Origin: a virus
Taxonomy: Duplodnaviria; Caudoviricetes
Direction: 5' to 3' (one strand)
Virus record (IMG/VR): IMGVR_UViG_3300017716_001697
Coordinates: 64,001-128,000 of that record
DNA: 64,000 bases
Shown: piece by piece, positions 49,604-57,526 of the stretch
How positions within the stretch are numbered: the first letter of the stretch is position 1
Layout of the letters: each line of letters begins with the position of its first letter
Notes under the pieces: model-generated
Seen by the model: only the letters and a program-made list of their open reading frames with translations
What the model was told of the DNA's origin: nothing
Databases searched by the model: none
Program-made: the position numbers and the translations under genes

Positions 49604-49902
49604 TGAGTAAATCGGGACTAACACCATATCAAGACGAATGTCTTGAAATCTTAGTTGAAGAATGCGGCGAAGTAATTCAGGAGAAGAGTAAGATCTTCAG
49701 ATTTAGTGCAGCAGCTACAAGTTGGCATCATCCAGAGAAGACGCATGCAGAATGTTTAGAAACCGAATTAGGTGATTTGCTTGCAATGATTGAACTTGTT
49801 CAACTAAGTGGCATTGGCGTATCTAAGGCAGGAATGGAAGTAGCAAAGCAGGCAAAATTACAAAAAGTCCTTAAATGGATGACACATAAGAAAGAGGATT
49901 AA
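49603..49902 (+). CDS. MazG-like nucleotide pyrophosphohydrolase
   Basis: LVEECGEVIQ...K...LETELGDLLAMIEL. Confidence 0.75.
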   Translation: MSKSGLTPYQDECLEILVEECGEVIQEKSKIFRFSAAATSWHHPEKTHAECLETELGDLLAMIELVQLSGIGVSKAGMEVAKQAKLQKVLKWMTHKKED

Positions 49903-49904
49903 AC

Positions 49905-50381
49905 ATGGCAAAATATATTAGCACAAAAGAATATTCCCATATTGCACCGTTGGCATATAGACAATGGAAATCTGACTCACATTGCAATCAAATTCACGGT
50001 TATGCATTAAGTTTTAAATTCGAATTCGAGTGTGACACGCTTGATGCACGTAACTGGTGTTTTGATTATGGCGGATTACGCCCATTGAAGGACTTTCTTG
50101 AAGACAAATTTGATCACGTTATGTTACTTGCACAAGATGACCCACATTATGCTGTGATCAAGCAGCTAGGTGAGTTAGGTATTGCTAAAATCACAGAAGT
50201 CGAGAAGACCGGCTGCGAAGGTCTTGCTGATTTCCTATATTGGTATGTTAACAATGAATTCTTACCTAATTGTGGCAAGGCCGAAGCAGAAAGAGTATGG
50301 TGCAGCAAGGTAGAAGTTAGAGAAACACCGGCAAACATGGCAATGAGAATCGGCCACCGAGAAGATAACGAATTCAATTAA
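49905..50381 (+). CDS. queD: 6-carboxy-5,6,7,8-tetrahydropterin synthase
   Basis: HCNQIHGY, DYGGL, FDHVML, GCEGLA, VRET. Confidence 0.9.
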   Translation: MAKYISTKEYSHIAPLAYRQWKSDSHCNQIHGYALSFKFEFECDTLDARNWCFDYGGLRPLKDFLEDKFDHVMLLAQDDPHYAVIKQLGELGIAKITEVEKTGCEGLADFLYWYVNNEFLPNCGKAEAERVWCSKVEVRETPANMAMRIGHREDNEFN

Positions 50382-50384
50382 TAA

Positions 50385-50606
50385 ATGTCGTCTGAAGAAG
50401 ATACATTTGACAGATTGCGGCGCGCATCTTATAATGAAGCGTGTGCCGCATATTCTGCAGCAATAATGTATTTGCGGTCAGGCGCACCTATCGAAGAACG
50501 TAAACAATTAGCCGACCCGGTATTAAAACCCCTTGGTTGGATAGTAGAGGATATATTCGATGAAGCAAGAAAACAACAGAGCCTACATACCCGGAAGTTG
50601 TGGTGA
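50385..50606 (+). CDS. small hypothetical protein
   Basis: 73-aa ORF (EEDTFDRLRR). Confidence 0.55.
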   Translation: MSSEEDTFDRLRRASYNEACAAYSAAIMYLRSGAPIEERKQLADPVLKPLGWIVEDIFDEARKQQSLHTRKLW

Positions 50607-50757
50607 ACCAGAATACTTCACACCCGGTCCAGAAGAACAAACAAGACTAATTTTAGAAGGTAAGTGTCCTCATAATCGAGGTTGGAGATATGACGGTCAC
50701 GGTCATAACAGTGAGTCATATAGTTGCATGGCTTGTGGCAGATCAAAGGAACATTAA
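50560..50757 (+). CDS. small Cys/His-rich protein
   Basis: CPH...CMAC; start uncertain. Confidence 0.45.
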   Translation: MKQENNRAYIPGSCGEPEYFTPGPEEQTRLILEGKCPHNRGWRYDGHGHNSESYSCMACGRSKEH

Positions 50758-51002
50758 TGAATTTAGTAAAAGAAATGAATATTACAATCGGTGGGCCCGG
50801 CGGCAATCCTGATTATTCCCGTGATGCTAAAATGTTGAGAAAGCTTCTATTAGATGCAGGTGTCGAAACTGTTGAAATAAAGGAAGATCCTTCATATAAG
50901 AAGTATACACACGACCGGCCCGACGATGAGCTGAAATTATTTCTGGGAGCAAAGCCGGACAAGGTTGTGATCAGTGTCATGCATTACCCGTGGGGAGGCT
51001 AA
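50757..51002 (+). CDS. hypothetical protein
   Basis: AAGGA SD, TAATG overlap. Confidence 0.55.
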   Translation: MNLVKEMNITIGGPGGNPDYSRDAKMLRKLLLDAGVETVEIKEDPSYKKYTHDRPDDELKLFLGAKPDKVVISVMHYPWGG

Positions 51003-51003
51003 T

Positions 51004-51270
51004 ATGTCAATGGTAGAAATTAAAAGCCCCACAAAGGGTACAATAGGATGGTTGCACGAAATCGAGCAAACTTCAAACGATAGCATACTCATATTTCAGT
51101 TACCTAGGGCAACAAGCCAAATAAATGAAGCATACATCGACGCAGCCCGTAAGGCACTGAAAGAAGTGTTTCAATCATCTAAACAGACATTATTAATTGG
51201 GTGTGATATTAACATCTATGAACTGGCCGGCCCAGATGCTGTTATATTGAAACTTAAAGGTATCATATGA
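51004..51270 (+). CDS. hypothetical protein
   Basis: GGAGG SD + ATG 51004. Confidence 0.6.
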   Translation: MSMVEIKSPTKGTIGWLHEIEQTSNDSILIFQLPRATSQINEAYIDAARKALKEVFQSSKQTLLIGCDINIYELAGPDAVILKLKGII

Positions 51271-51545
51271 CTGGAGCAGATTGGGACATAATTAGAAAAG
51301 AAATGGCTACAAAGACCCCTGAAGAATTAAGAGCATGGATAAGAAAGACAACCGGCCCCGAACATCGACGTATAGGCGGCCAGGAACGCAGCGAACTTAT
51401 GTTGATGTTCGCATTAATGACTCCTGTCAGTGAAAGCAATAATCAACGATTCATTACAGAAGAATACAATATAGCTGGCAGGGAATATCATGTTATTTAC
51501 GGCATGGAAACAGATCCAGTCGTAGAAGAAGTAATAGTAGATTAA
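51267..51545 (+). CDS. hypothetical protein
   Basis: ATGA overlap. Confidence 0.55.
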   Translation: MTGADWDIIRKEMATKTPEELRAWIRKTTGPEHRRIGGQERSELMLMFALMTPVSESNNQRFITEEYNIAGREYHVIYGMETDPVVEEVIVD

Positions 51546-51587
51546 CGATCGTAGATAAATTACGGAAAAAATAACGATAAATATTAA

Positions 51588-53246
51588 ATGATATTAGCAT
51601 TATTAACTTTATTAGCAGCCTTATCGGTTGCAGGGGTGGCAGGTTGGTTTTCTATAGTTGGCGTAATGTCAATATATGCTGGTGCACCATTACATGCTGC
51701 ATTAGTAATGGGTGTGGTGCTAGAGGTCGCCAAGCTAGTGACTACAAGCTGGTTATACAGAAACTGGGACACGTCTTCGTGGAAAATTAAGGGGCCGTTG
51801 GTATATTTTACTACCGCCCTAATGATCGCCACAAGTATTGGTGTGTTTGGGTTCTTAACCAAAGCGCATTTAGAACAAGGTGCAGCAACGGTCGATAATA
51901 CCGCTAAGGTTGAAAGACTGGATCAGCAGATCTTACGAGAAAAATCATCAATTGCCGATAATGAAAAAGTAATAGGTCAATTAGATACTGCAATTAATTC
52001 TTATCTAGGTAAAGATAATGCCGACAGGGCTTTGTCAGTACGTCGAGGACAGGCACCACAACGTAAACTATTGCGAAATGACATAGATGCGGCGCAGAAA
52101 AGAATCGACGAGTATAGCGATGAAAAATTTAAATTAACATCGCAGGTTCGGGCATTACAACTCGAGGTAGGACCTATTAGGTATATCGCCGAGTTGTTTT
52201 ATGGCAACGGTGGTGATGAAGTAACTAAGATAGAATCCGCAGTCAAACTATTTACTCTACTGATTGTGTCGACCTTAGACCCATTAGCTGTTATATTGCT
52301 AATTGCAGCAAATCATACATTTTTACGTCGTCAGAATGAAAAAGAAATCAAGAAGAAGGCAGATGATGAAATCAGCCTACGACAGGAAATACCGAAAACC
52401 ACGGTCCCTGAAGAGCAGATTCAAGGACATCCTGAAAATAATCCCGTTACGCAGCCACCGTGCAATAAACCGCCCCAGATTCAGGCAACGGTTAATGAGG
52501 GTGATGCCGAGGTGGTTAAAGAGATTTCTGTGGAAGAAGTCATCATAAATGAAGAAAAAGAAATCGTTATCGAAGCTAATAAAGAAGAAGAAACTGCTCT
52601 TAGCACAGATGTTATTACCGATAGACCGTTGGAAACTCGTCCCGTCGAGATTAAAATCGACGATGCCGAAGATTCCGTCGCCCCCGCGACCAACACCGAG
52701 ATACCTGAGGATAAAATAGTTAATGCGGAAGAAGAAATCGTTGCAGAACCTAGTGAAGAAGAAACACAGGTTATTTATCTGGCTAGACATCCCGGTAGAG
52801 AGACAGAGATTTATCCCATCGAGGCTGAAACCGGGCGTGACGAAGAGCTTACCCCGCCCACGGAGCAGACCGAGATACCGGGGGATGCAGATGAAGAAAT
52901 GCACATAGAACCCGCATTGCCGGACGTCCCTGTACTTACAGCGCCAACCGCCGCCATAATTTCGCCTGCTATTACACGAGTCTCGAGGGTAATTAAAGAG
53001 GATGTGCCTACAATAGTCCATGCAGAAACAAGTAATCAGGCACCATGGGCACATCAGGAATCAGTATTGAGAGAGTTAATAGGTAGTCAACCACATTTTG
53101 TATCAGTTCCGATAGATAATGATATTTTGCATGCGCCAACACCTGCAATCGTTGATAACAGTAATCTTAAAGATAAGATTAAAGTAGCTAATACCGGTAA
53201 ATACCCTAAAGCATTGAGCTGGGTAGAAGAATTCAAAGGGGACTAA
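51588..53246 (+). CDS. membrane protein: N-terminal TM helices, coiled coil, acidic P/E-rich tail
   Basis: Hydrophobic segments at about residues 1-90 and 220-245; low-complexity C-terminal half. Confidence 0.7.
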   Translation: MILALLTLLAALSVAGVAGWFSIVGVMSIYAGAPLHAALVMGVVLEVAKLVTTSWLYRNWDTSSWKIKGPLVYFTTALMIATSIGVFGFLTKAHLEQGAATVDNTAKVERLDQQILREKSSIADNEKVIGQLDTAINSYLGKDNADRALSVRRGQAPQRKLLRNDIDAAQKRIDEYSDEKFKLTSQVRALQLEVGPIRYIAELFYGNGGDEVTKIESAVKLFTLLIVSTLDPLAVILLIAANHTFLRRQNEKEIKKKADDEISLRQEIPKTTVPEEQIQGHPENNPVTQPPCNKPPQIQATVNEGDAEVVKEISVEEVIINEEKEIVIEANKEEETALSTDVITDRPLETRPVEIKIDDAEDSVAPATNTEIPEDKIVNAEEEIVAEPSEEETQVIYLARHPGRETEIYPIEAETGRDEELTPPTEQTEIPGDADEEMHIEPALPDVPVLTAPTAAIISPAITRVSRVIKEDVPTIVHAETSNQAPWAHQESVLRELIGSQPHFVSVPIDNDILHAPTPAIVDNSNLKDKIKVANTGKYPKALSWVEEFKGD

Positions 53247-53247
53247 T

Positions 53248-54471
53248 ATGGATGAAAAAATCACGTGTTCATTTTGCAGTAAAGACCGTAATCAGGTTGA
53301 GCATATGATCGAAGGTCCCGTGCAGGACCAAGACAAGAAGCCTCTGTATATATGTAATGAGTGCGTAGACTTTAGTTTCGATGTCTTACACACCGTTTCA
53401 ACTGATGAGAAGCCGGTAAGGAAAAAGAAAGATAAGATTCTTGTACCTGAGCAAATTAAAGCACATCTTGATGAATACATTATTGCTCAAGATTCAGCTA
53501 AGATTGCTCTTTCTGTAGCAATATATAATCACTATAAGAGAATCAACAATAAATCCAAAGATACTGAGATTGAAAAATCTAATGTGTTAATGGTAGGACC
53601 GTCTGGATCGGGGAAAACGCTAACAGTAAAAACTATTGCAAAATTGTTTGACTTACCGTACGTAATTGCAGATGCAACATCTATTACTGAGGCAGGGTAT
53701 GTCGGCGAAGACGCAGAAAACTTAATAACACGTCTTATTTCGAATGCCGATGATGACATTGAATTAGCCCAACACGGTATTATATTCATTGACGAAATCG
53801 ACAAGAAAAGCAGGAAGAGCGAATCTTCAACTGTTCAGCGTGATGTCTCGGGCGAAGGTGTTCAGCAGGCATTACTTAAGATGATAGAGGGTACCATTAT
53901 AAAGATACCCGACGGGTATGATGATCATATCGAGTTTGATACAAAGGATGTACTGTTTATAGTAAGTGGCGCATTCGTAGGATTAGATGAGATTATTAAG
54001 AAAAATCGATCAAAGACTAGTATAGGATTTGGCGCCGTACTAAAGACACAGTCTACATTTTCGGAAATAGTGAAGACTGCTGACCCAGAAGATTTTGTTA
54101 GGTTCGGCCTTATCCCGGAATTCGTTGGTCGTTGCCCTGTTACTGTTGTGTTCGATGATTTAACAATAGAAACCATGATTAGGATTCTTAGAGAGCCTAA
54201 AAATAGCATTGTTAGCCAATTCAAGGCATTATTCAAATATGAAGGTGTTCTTTTGGAGTTTGATGATAAATACCTACAGAATGTTGCTGAAACATGTATT
54301 AAACAGAAGGTAGGTGCAAGAGGATTACGTGCTACTATGGAGCGTGATTTGCAGGGCCTACAATATATTTTACCGCGAATCGCCAAAGAGGGTGTTTCCA
54401 AAATTACAATTGACGCAACTGGAAGTGCAAAGTATATTTATAAAACACGAAAAAAGAAGGTAAATGAATGA
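53248..54471 (+). CDS. clpX: ATP-dependent Clp protease ATPase ClpX
   Basis: CSFC...CNEC Zn domain, [31 protein letters not shown] loop, GARGLR. Confidence 0.97.
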   Translation: MDEKITCSFCSKDRNQVEHMIEGPVQDQDKKPLYICNECVDFSFDVLHTVSTDEKPVRKKKDKILVPEQIKAHLDEYIIAQDSAKIALSVAIYNHYKRINNKSKDTEIEKSNVLMVGPSGSGKTLTVKTIAKLFDLPYVIADATSITEAGYVGEDAENLITRLISNADDDIELAQHGIIFIDEIDKKSRKSESSTVQRDVSGEGVQQALLKMIEGTIIKIPDGYDDHIEFDTKDVLFIVSGAFVGLDEIIKKNRSKTSIGFGAVLKTQSTFSEIVKTADPEDFVRFGLIPEFVGRCPVTVVFDDLTIETMIRILREPKNSIVSQFKALFKYEGVLLEFDDKYLQNVAETCIKQKVGARGLRATMERDLQGLQYILPRIAKEGVSKITIDATGSAKYIYKTRKKKVNE

Positions 54472-54728
54472 GTAACCGTTATAGAGATTCCCGTAAGACC
54501 CGCGGCCTAACAGTTGAAGTCAGAAATGATGATTTTGGTAGAGCACTAAGGACCTTTTCTAAGAAGATCCAAGATCTTGGCACCATGCAAGAAGTTAAGG
54601 AGCGCATGTCATACGAGAAGCCAGCAGTGGCTCGTCAACGCCTAAAGAAACAAGCGCGGAAACGTTGGGAAAGAAAGGTCGAAGATATGATCGCCAACGG
54701 ATTATGGCATAAAGACCAGCCGTATTAA
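54468..54728 (+). CDS. rpsU: ribosomal protein bS21
   Basis: [17 protein letters not shown]...[11 protein letters not shown]...R...K..ARKR. Confidence 0.9.
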   Translation: MSNRYRDSRKTRGLTVEVRNDDFGRALRTFSKKIQDLGTMQEVKERMSYEKPAVARQRLKKQARKRWERKVEDMIANGLWHKDQPY

Positions 54729-54775
54729 CAGATCAATATCTCTGTGCGTACATTACGACAGAGATAAATAAATTT

Positions 54776-54857
54776 TGTGGGGTGCCCATGGTGGGGCCTT
54801 ACAAAATAACGTGCATAGCACGAACAAACTTGCTTTAACTAAGGAGTTAAAAATATG
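54776..54857 (+). promoter_or_regulatory. ROSE-like RNA thermometer in the hsp20 5' UTR
   Basis: Three hairpins; CUUGCU (54829-34) can pair with the AGGAG SD (54842-46) with a bulged G. Confidence 0.6.
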
Positions 54858-55271
54858 TCTATAAATCGCGAATTCGATCGTCTATTCGATCACCTCAATC
54901 AAGTTGCAGTTGGCTTCGGCCCTATATTTAGGGACTTCCAGCACACCTCGGCTAATTATCCTCCACACAACATCATTACTATTTCGGATAATGAATTCAA
55001 TCTTGAATTAGCTGTTGCCGGATTTAAAAAGAGTGAACTCACAATCCAGGAAGATGGTGGCGTGCTTACGATATCAGCTGATAAAGCTAATGTCGCTAGT
55101 GACTCAACCACATATCAACACCGTGGTATTGCAAAAAGGTCATTCTCTAAGTCTTTCCGTATTGCAGAGCACTTTGAAATACGTGAAGCTAACCTAGAGG
55201 ATGGGATTCTTACTATTAACTTTGTTAATAATACGCCAGTAAACCAACCTAAACTTATTGCTATAACGTAA
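54855..55271 (+). CDS. small heat shock protein Hsp20 (IbpA-like)
   Basis: NYPPHNII, LELAVAGF, HRGIAKRSF...F, A.LEDGIL.I. Confidence 0.95.
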   Translation: MSINREFDRLFDHLNQVAVGFGPIFRDFQHTSANYPPHNIITISDNEFNLELAVAGFKKSELTIQEDGGVLTISADKANVASDSTTYQHRGIAKRSFSKSFRIAEHFEIREANLEDGILTINFVNNTPVNQPKLIAIT

Positions 55272-55276
55272 TCGAG

Positions 55277-55305
55277 TTGACACAATGCCCTGTAGAGTAT
55301 ATAAT
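55277..55305 (+). promoter_or_regulatory. consensus sigma70 promoter (clpS)
   Basis: TTGACA-17-TATAAT. Confidence 0.85.
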
Positions 55306-55332
55306 AGTATTATTACTCTCAGGGCAACTAAA

Positions 55333-55644
55333 ATGGCAACACCAGACATAGAAATCATCGAGAAGATTGATGAAAGAATTAAGGTACATATCCCAAGTAT
55401 GTATAAGGTAATTCTGCACAATGACAATACGACAACCGTGGATTTTGTTATCCACGTATTGATGCGCATCTTTCATAAGACGCTCGAAGAGGCACTAGCA
55501 ATCACACAATTAGTACACGAAAACGGGCAAGGCATTGCTGGCAGTCCTTACACTAAAGAAATAGCTGAAGAGAAATCACTGGAGACAATTGGCATTGCAA
55601 GGGCAAACAATTTTCCACTGGTAGCAACCTACGAAGAAGTATAA
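55333..55644 (+). CDS. clpS: Clp protease adaptor ClpS
   Basis: YKVILHND...DFV..VL..IF...VHENG...Y.KEIAE.K...FPL. Confidence 0.93.
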   Translation: MATPDIEIIEKIDERIKVHIPSMYKVILHNDNTTTVDFVIHVLMRIFHKTLEEALAITQLVHENGQGIAGSPYTKEIAEEKSLETIGIARANNFPLVATYEEV

Positions 55645-55669
55645 ATATCTCGTACACAACGAGAACTCA

Positions 55670-56704
55670 ATGGCATCAAACTTAATTCAAATTAAAGCAT
55701 TTCTTGGAAAATATTATCCGGAATTAGCATACTCTGTAGCGCAAGACAAATATATCAAGACTGGCATAAGCAAATTTCTCGAACAAAGATTTATTATTCA
55801 GAATAATAAAACTCAGATGGTAATTGATCCCAGTCTTAAAGGGCTGGTAGCCATTGTTGCTGGCAATGAAATATTTGTCAGTAAAGAATTGTACGAACAC
55901 ACGAATGTGAACGTAACAAATTCGATGGAAACACCTAATACAAACAATAACCCTAAGAGTTTATATACACCAGAAATTTTCTCTTCGATGGCATACCTAA
56001 TTTGCCAAAATCATACTATGTTCAGCATAGTAGGGGAAATTGATGAACCGATCTATATTAGATACAGATCAGACTATGAATCATTTTATAATTCGGTAAT
56101 CATTGTAAATATTGCTGACGGAATAGACGTGGAAATTGTCGAAGAATTCGAGAGTTACTGTGCACTGAATGCTGTGACTAATTACATTCTTCAACCCAAT
56201 TCTAGGTTAACTGTATCAACCTTCTATCAGAATCACCTGTCTGCGCTGTCATTCTGCCTTAGAAATGTTATAGTACAAGACTCGGCAAAATACAGCCACA
56301 CATTGTTCGGCCGTGGCTCGTCTTGTGTGCTAGACGAAAGTAAAATTCATGCAAACGATAAGTCATCGGTTGAATTAATGGCATGTATCAATCCCGTGCA
56401 ACAAGAATTTCATACAATTATAGGTGTTCAACCCGGCGCACAAGATTACAAATTCTTGTTAGACCATAGACATGTTGTCTCGGGGAGAGGGAGAACAACA
56501 TTCACACCCGTGATCATAGGGCACCTACCGGCAGATTCCTATTCTAACATTAGCTCTATAGTGTTAGATGATGCTGACGAGGAAGTAAGGGCAATAAGGG
56601 CGAAGAATTTCTTATCGTCGATTGTCGAACGATCAACACTGGAACGAACAGTGGGAGTCGAACGATTCTACGATAATAAATCTAAGTTTCTTCAATTTCA
56701 ATAA
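55670..56704 (+). CDS. SufB/SufD-like beta-helix protein
   Basis: V.I.EEF....LNAVT..L..NSRL...repeating beta-helix pattern; divergent. Confidence 0.6.
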   Translation: MASNLIQIKAFLGKYYPELAYSVAQDKYIKTGISKFLEQRFIIQNNKTQMVIDPSLKGLVAIVAGNEIFVSKELYEHTNVNVTNSMETPNTNNNPKSLYTPEIFSSMAYLICQNHTMFSIVGEIDEPIYIRYRSDYESFYNSVIIVNIADGIDVEIVEEFESYCALNAVTNYILQPNSRLTVSTFYQNHLSALSFCLRNVIVQDSAKYSHTLFGRGSSCVLDESKIHANDKSSVELMACINPVQQEFHTIIGVQPGAQDYKFLLDHRHVVSGRGRTTFTPVIIGHLPADSYSNISSIVLDDADEEVRAIRAKNFLSSIVERSTLERTVGVERFYDNKSKFLQFQ

Positions 56705-56744
56705 ATAGTAAGTAGAATAATAATTAATTTTGCGGGGTAATTAC

Positions 56745-57074
56745 ATGTATAAAATAACAAATATAGAGACATTGGGAACAGATTATGCTGTTGCTAATCA
56801 GGACGGTAAGATACTTAAAAATATCCGTATTGTACCTCATACGGAAATTCTAGAAGCAGCATTAGGCCCATACACTGAAGAATTCGGTGATCTTAGTTCC
56901 TATATTGCGAAATCTATTGCGGTGTTGGAGGGTAATGAAGATTTGAGCCCGTATAACATATATTGGCACTCAACTGAAGATGAAGAAGTTGTGTTATCTG
57001 AAGTTATCGAATATGCAATCAAACATGGTTATGATATTATTATATTAGAGCATCTAGATCCCACAAATGAATGA
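56745..57074 (+). CDS. hypothetical acidic protein
   Basis: 109-aa ORF, GCGGGG SD. Confidence 0.6.
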   Translation: MYKITNIETLGTDYAVANQDGKILKNIRIVPHTEILEAALGPYTEEFGDLSSYIAKSIAVLEGNEDLSPYNIYWHSTEDEEVVLSEVIEYAIKHGYDIIILEHLDPTNE

Positions 57075-57258
57075 TAATGATCGGCTGCGTCCGAATGTAT
57101 GCACATGGATAGGCGACGAAGAAGGGTGTCGCCACCCCACTATATACGGTAAATCGTATTGTGAAACACATCACAGTAGAATGTACATTACACTATTTGC
57201 TGAGATGGCAGATTATATTATTGAACAAGAATTAACACACAATAAGGCAGTGCAATGA
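57067..57258 (+). CDS. GcrA C-terminal-domain-like small protein
   Basis: L....C.W.IGD...C......YC..H....Y pattern. Confidence 0.5.
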   Translation: MNDNDRLRPNVCTWIGDEEGCRHPTIYGKSYCETHHSRMYITLFAEMADYIIEQELTHNKAVQ

Positions 57259-57416
57259 CTACAGGTCACTGGTTAAACTTAACAGATCGAAAATCGCAGT
57301 CATTTACTATGCAGGCCACTACTATGTGTGCGGTAGTTATTGTGGTTACACCAATATTAGCGGCGCTAATGCTTGGTAGTATAGCAATAAAGTCAATTGA
57401 AAAAATAAGTAAATAA
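57255..57416 (+). CDS. small membrane protein (53 aa, below cutoff)
   Basis: ATGA overlap; hydrophobic VVIVVTPILAALMLG segment. Confidence 0.5.
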   Translation: MTTGHWLNLTDRKSQSFTMQATTMCAVVIVVTPILAALMLGSIAIKSIEKISK

Positions 57417-57420
57417 TCTA

Positions 57421-57453
57421 ATTAAAAAGGGTACCGTTGTGTACCTTTTTTAA
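57421..57453 (+). terminator. intrinsic terminator
   Basis: AAAAAGGGTAC / GTACCTTTTT. Confidence 0.8.
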
Positions 57454-57526
57454 TGGCTCATAGATCGGCCTTCCTTGATAAATACAATATTAGACAATAT
57501 TGTGTTAACAGATTTAGGAGCCAGTA

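Noticed and set aside
52377-53054. 225-aa minus-strand ORF
   Set aside because: Shadow of the E-rich tail of 51588; F/R-biased, with no expression signals.
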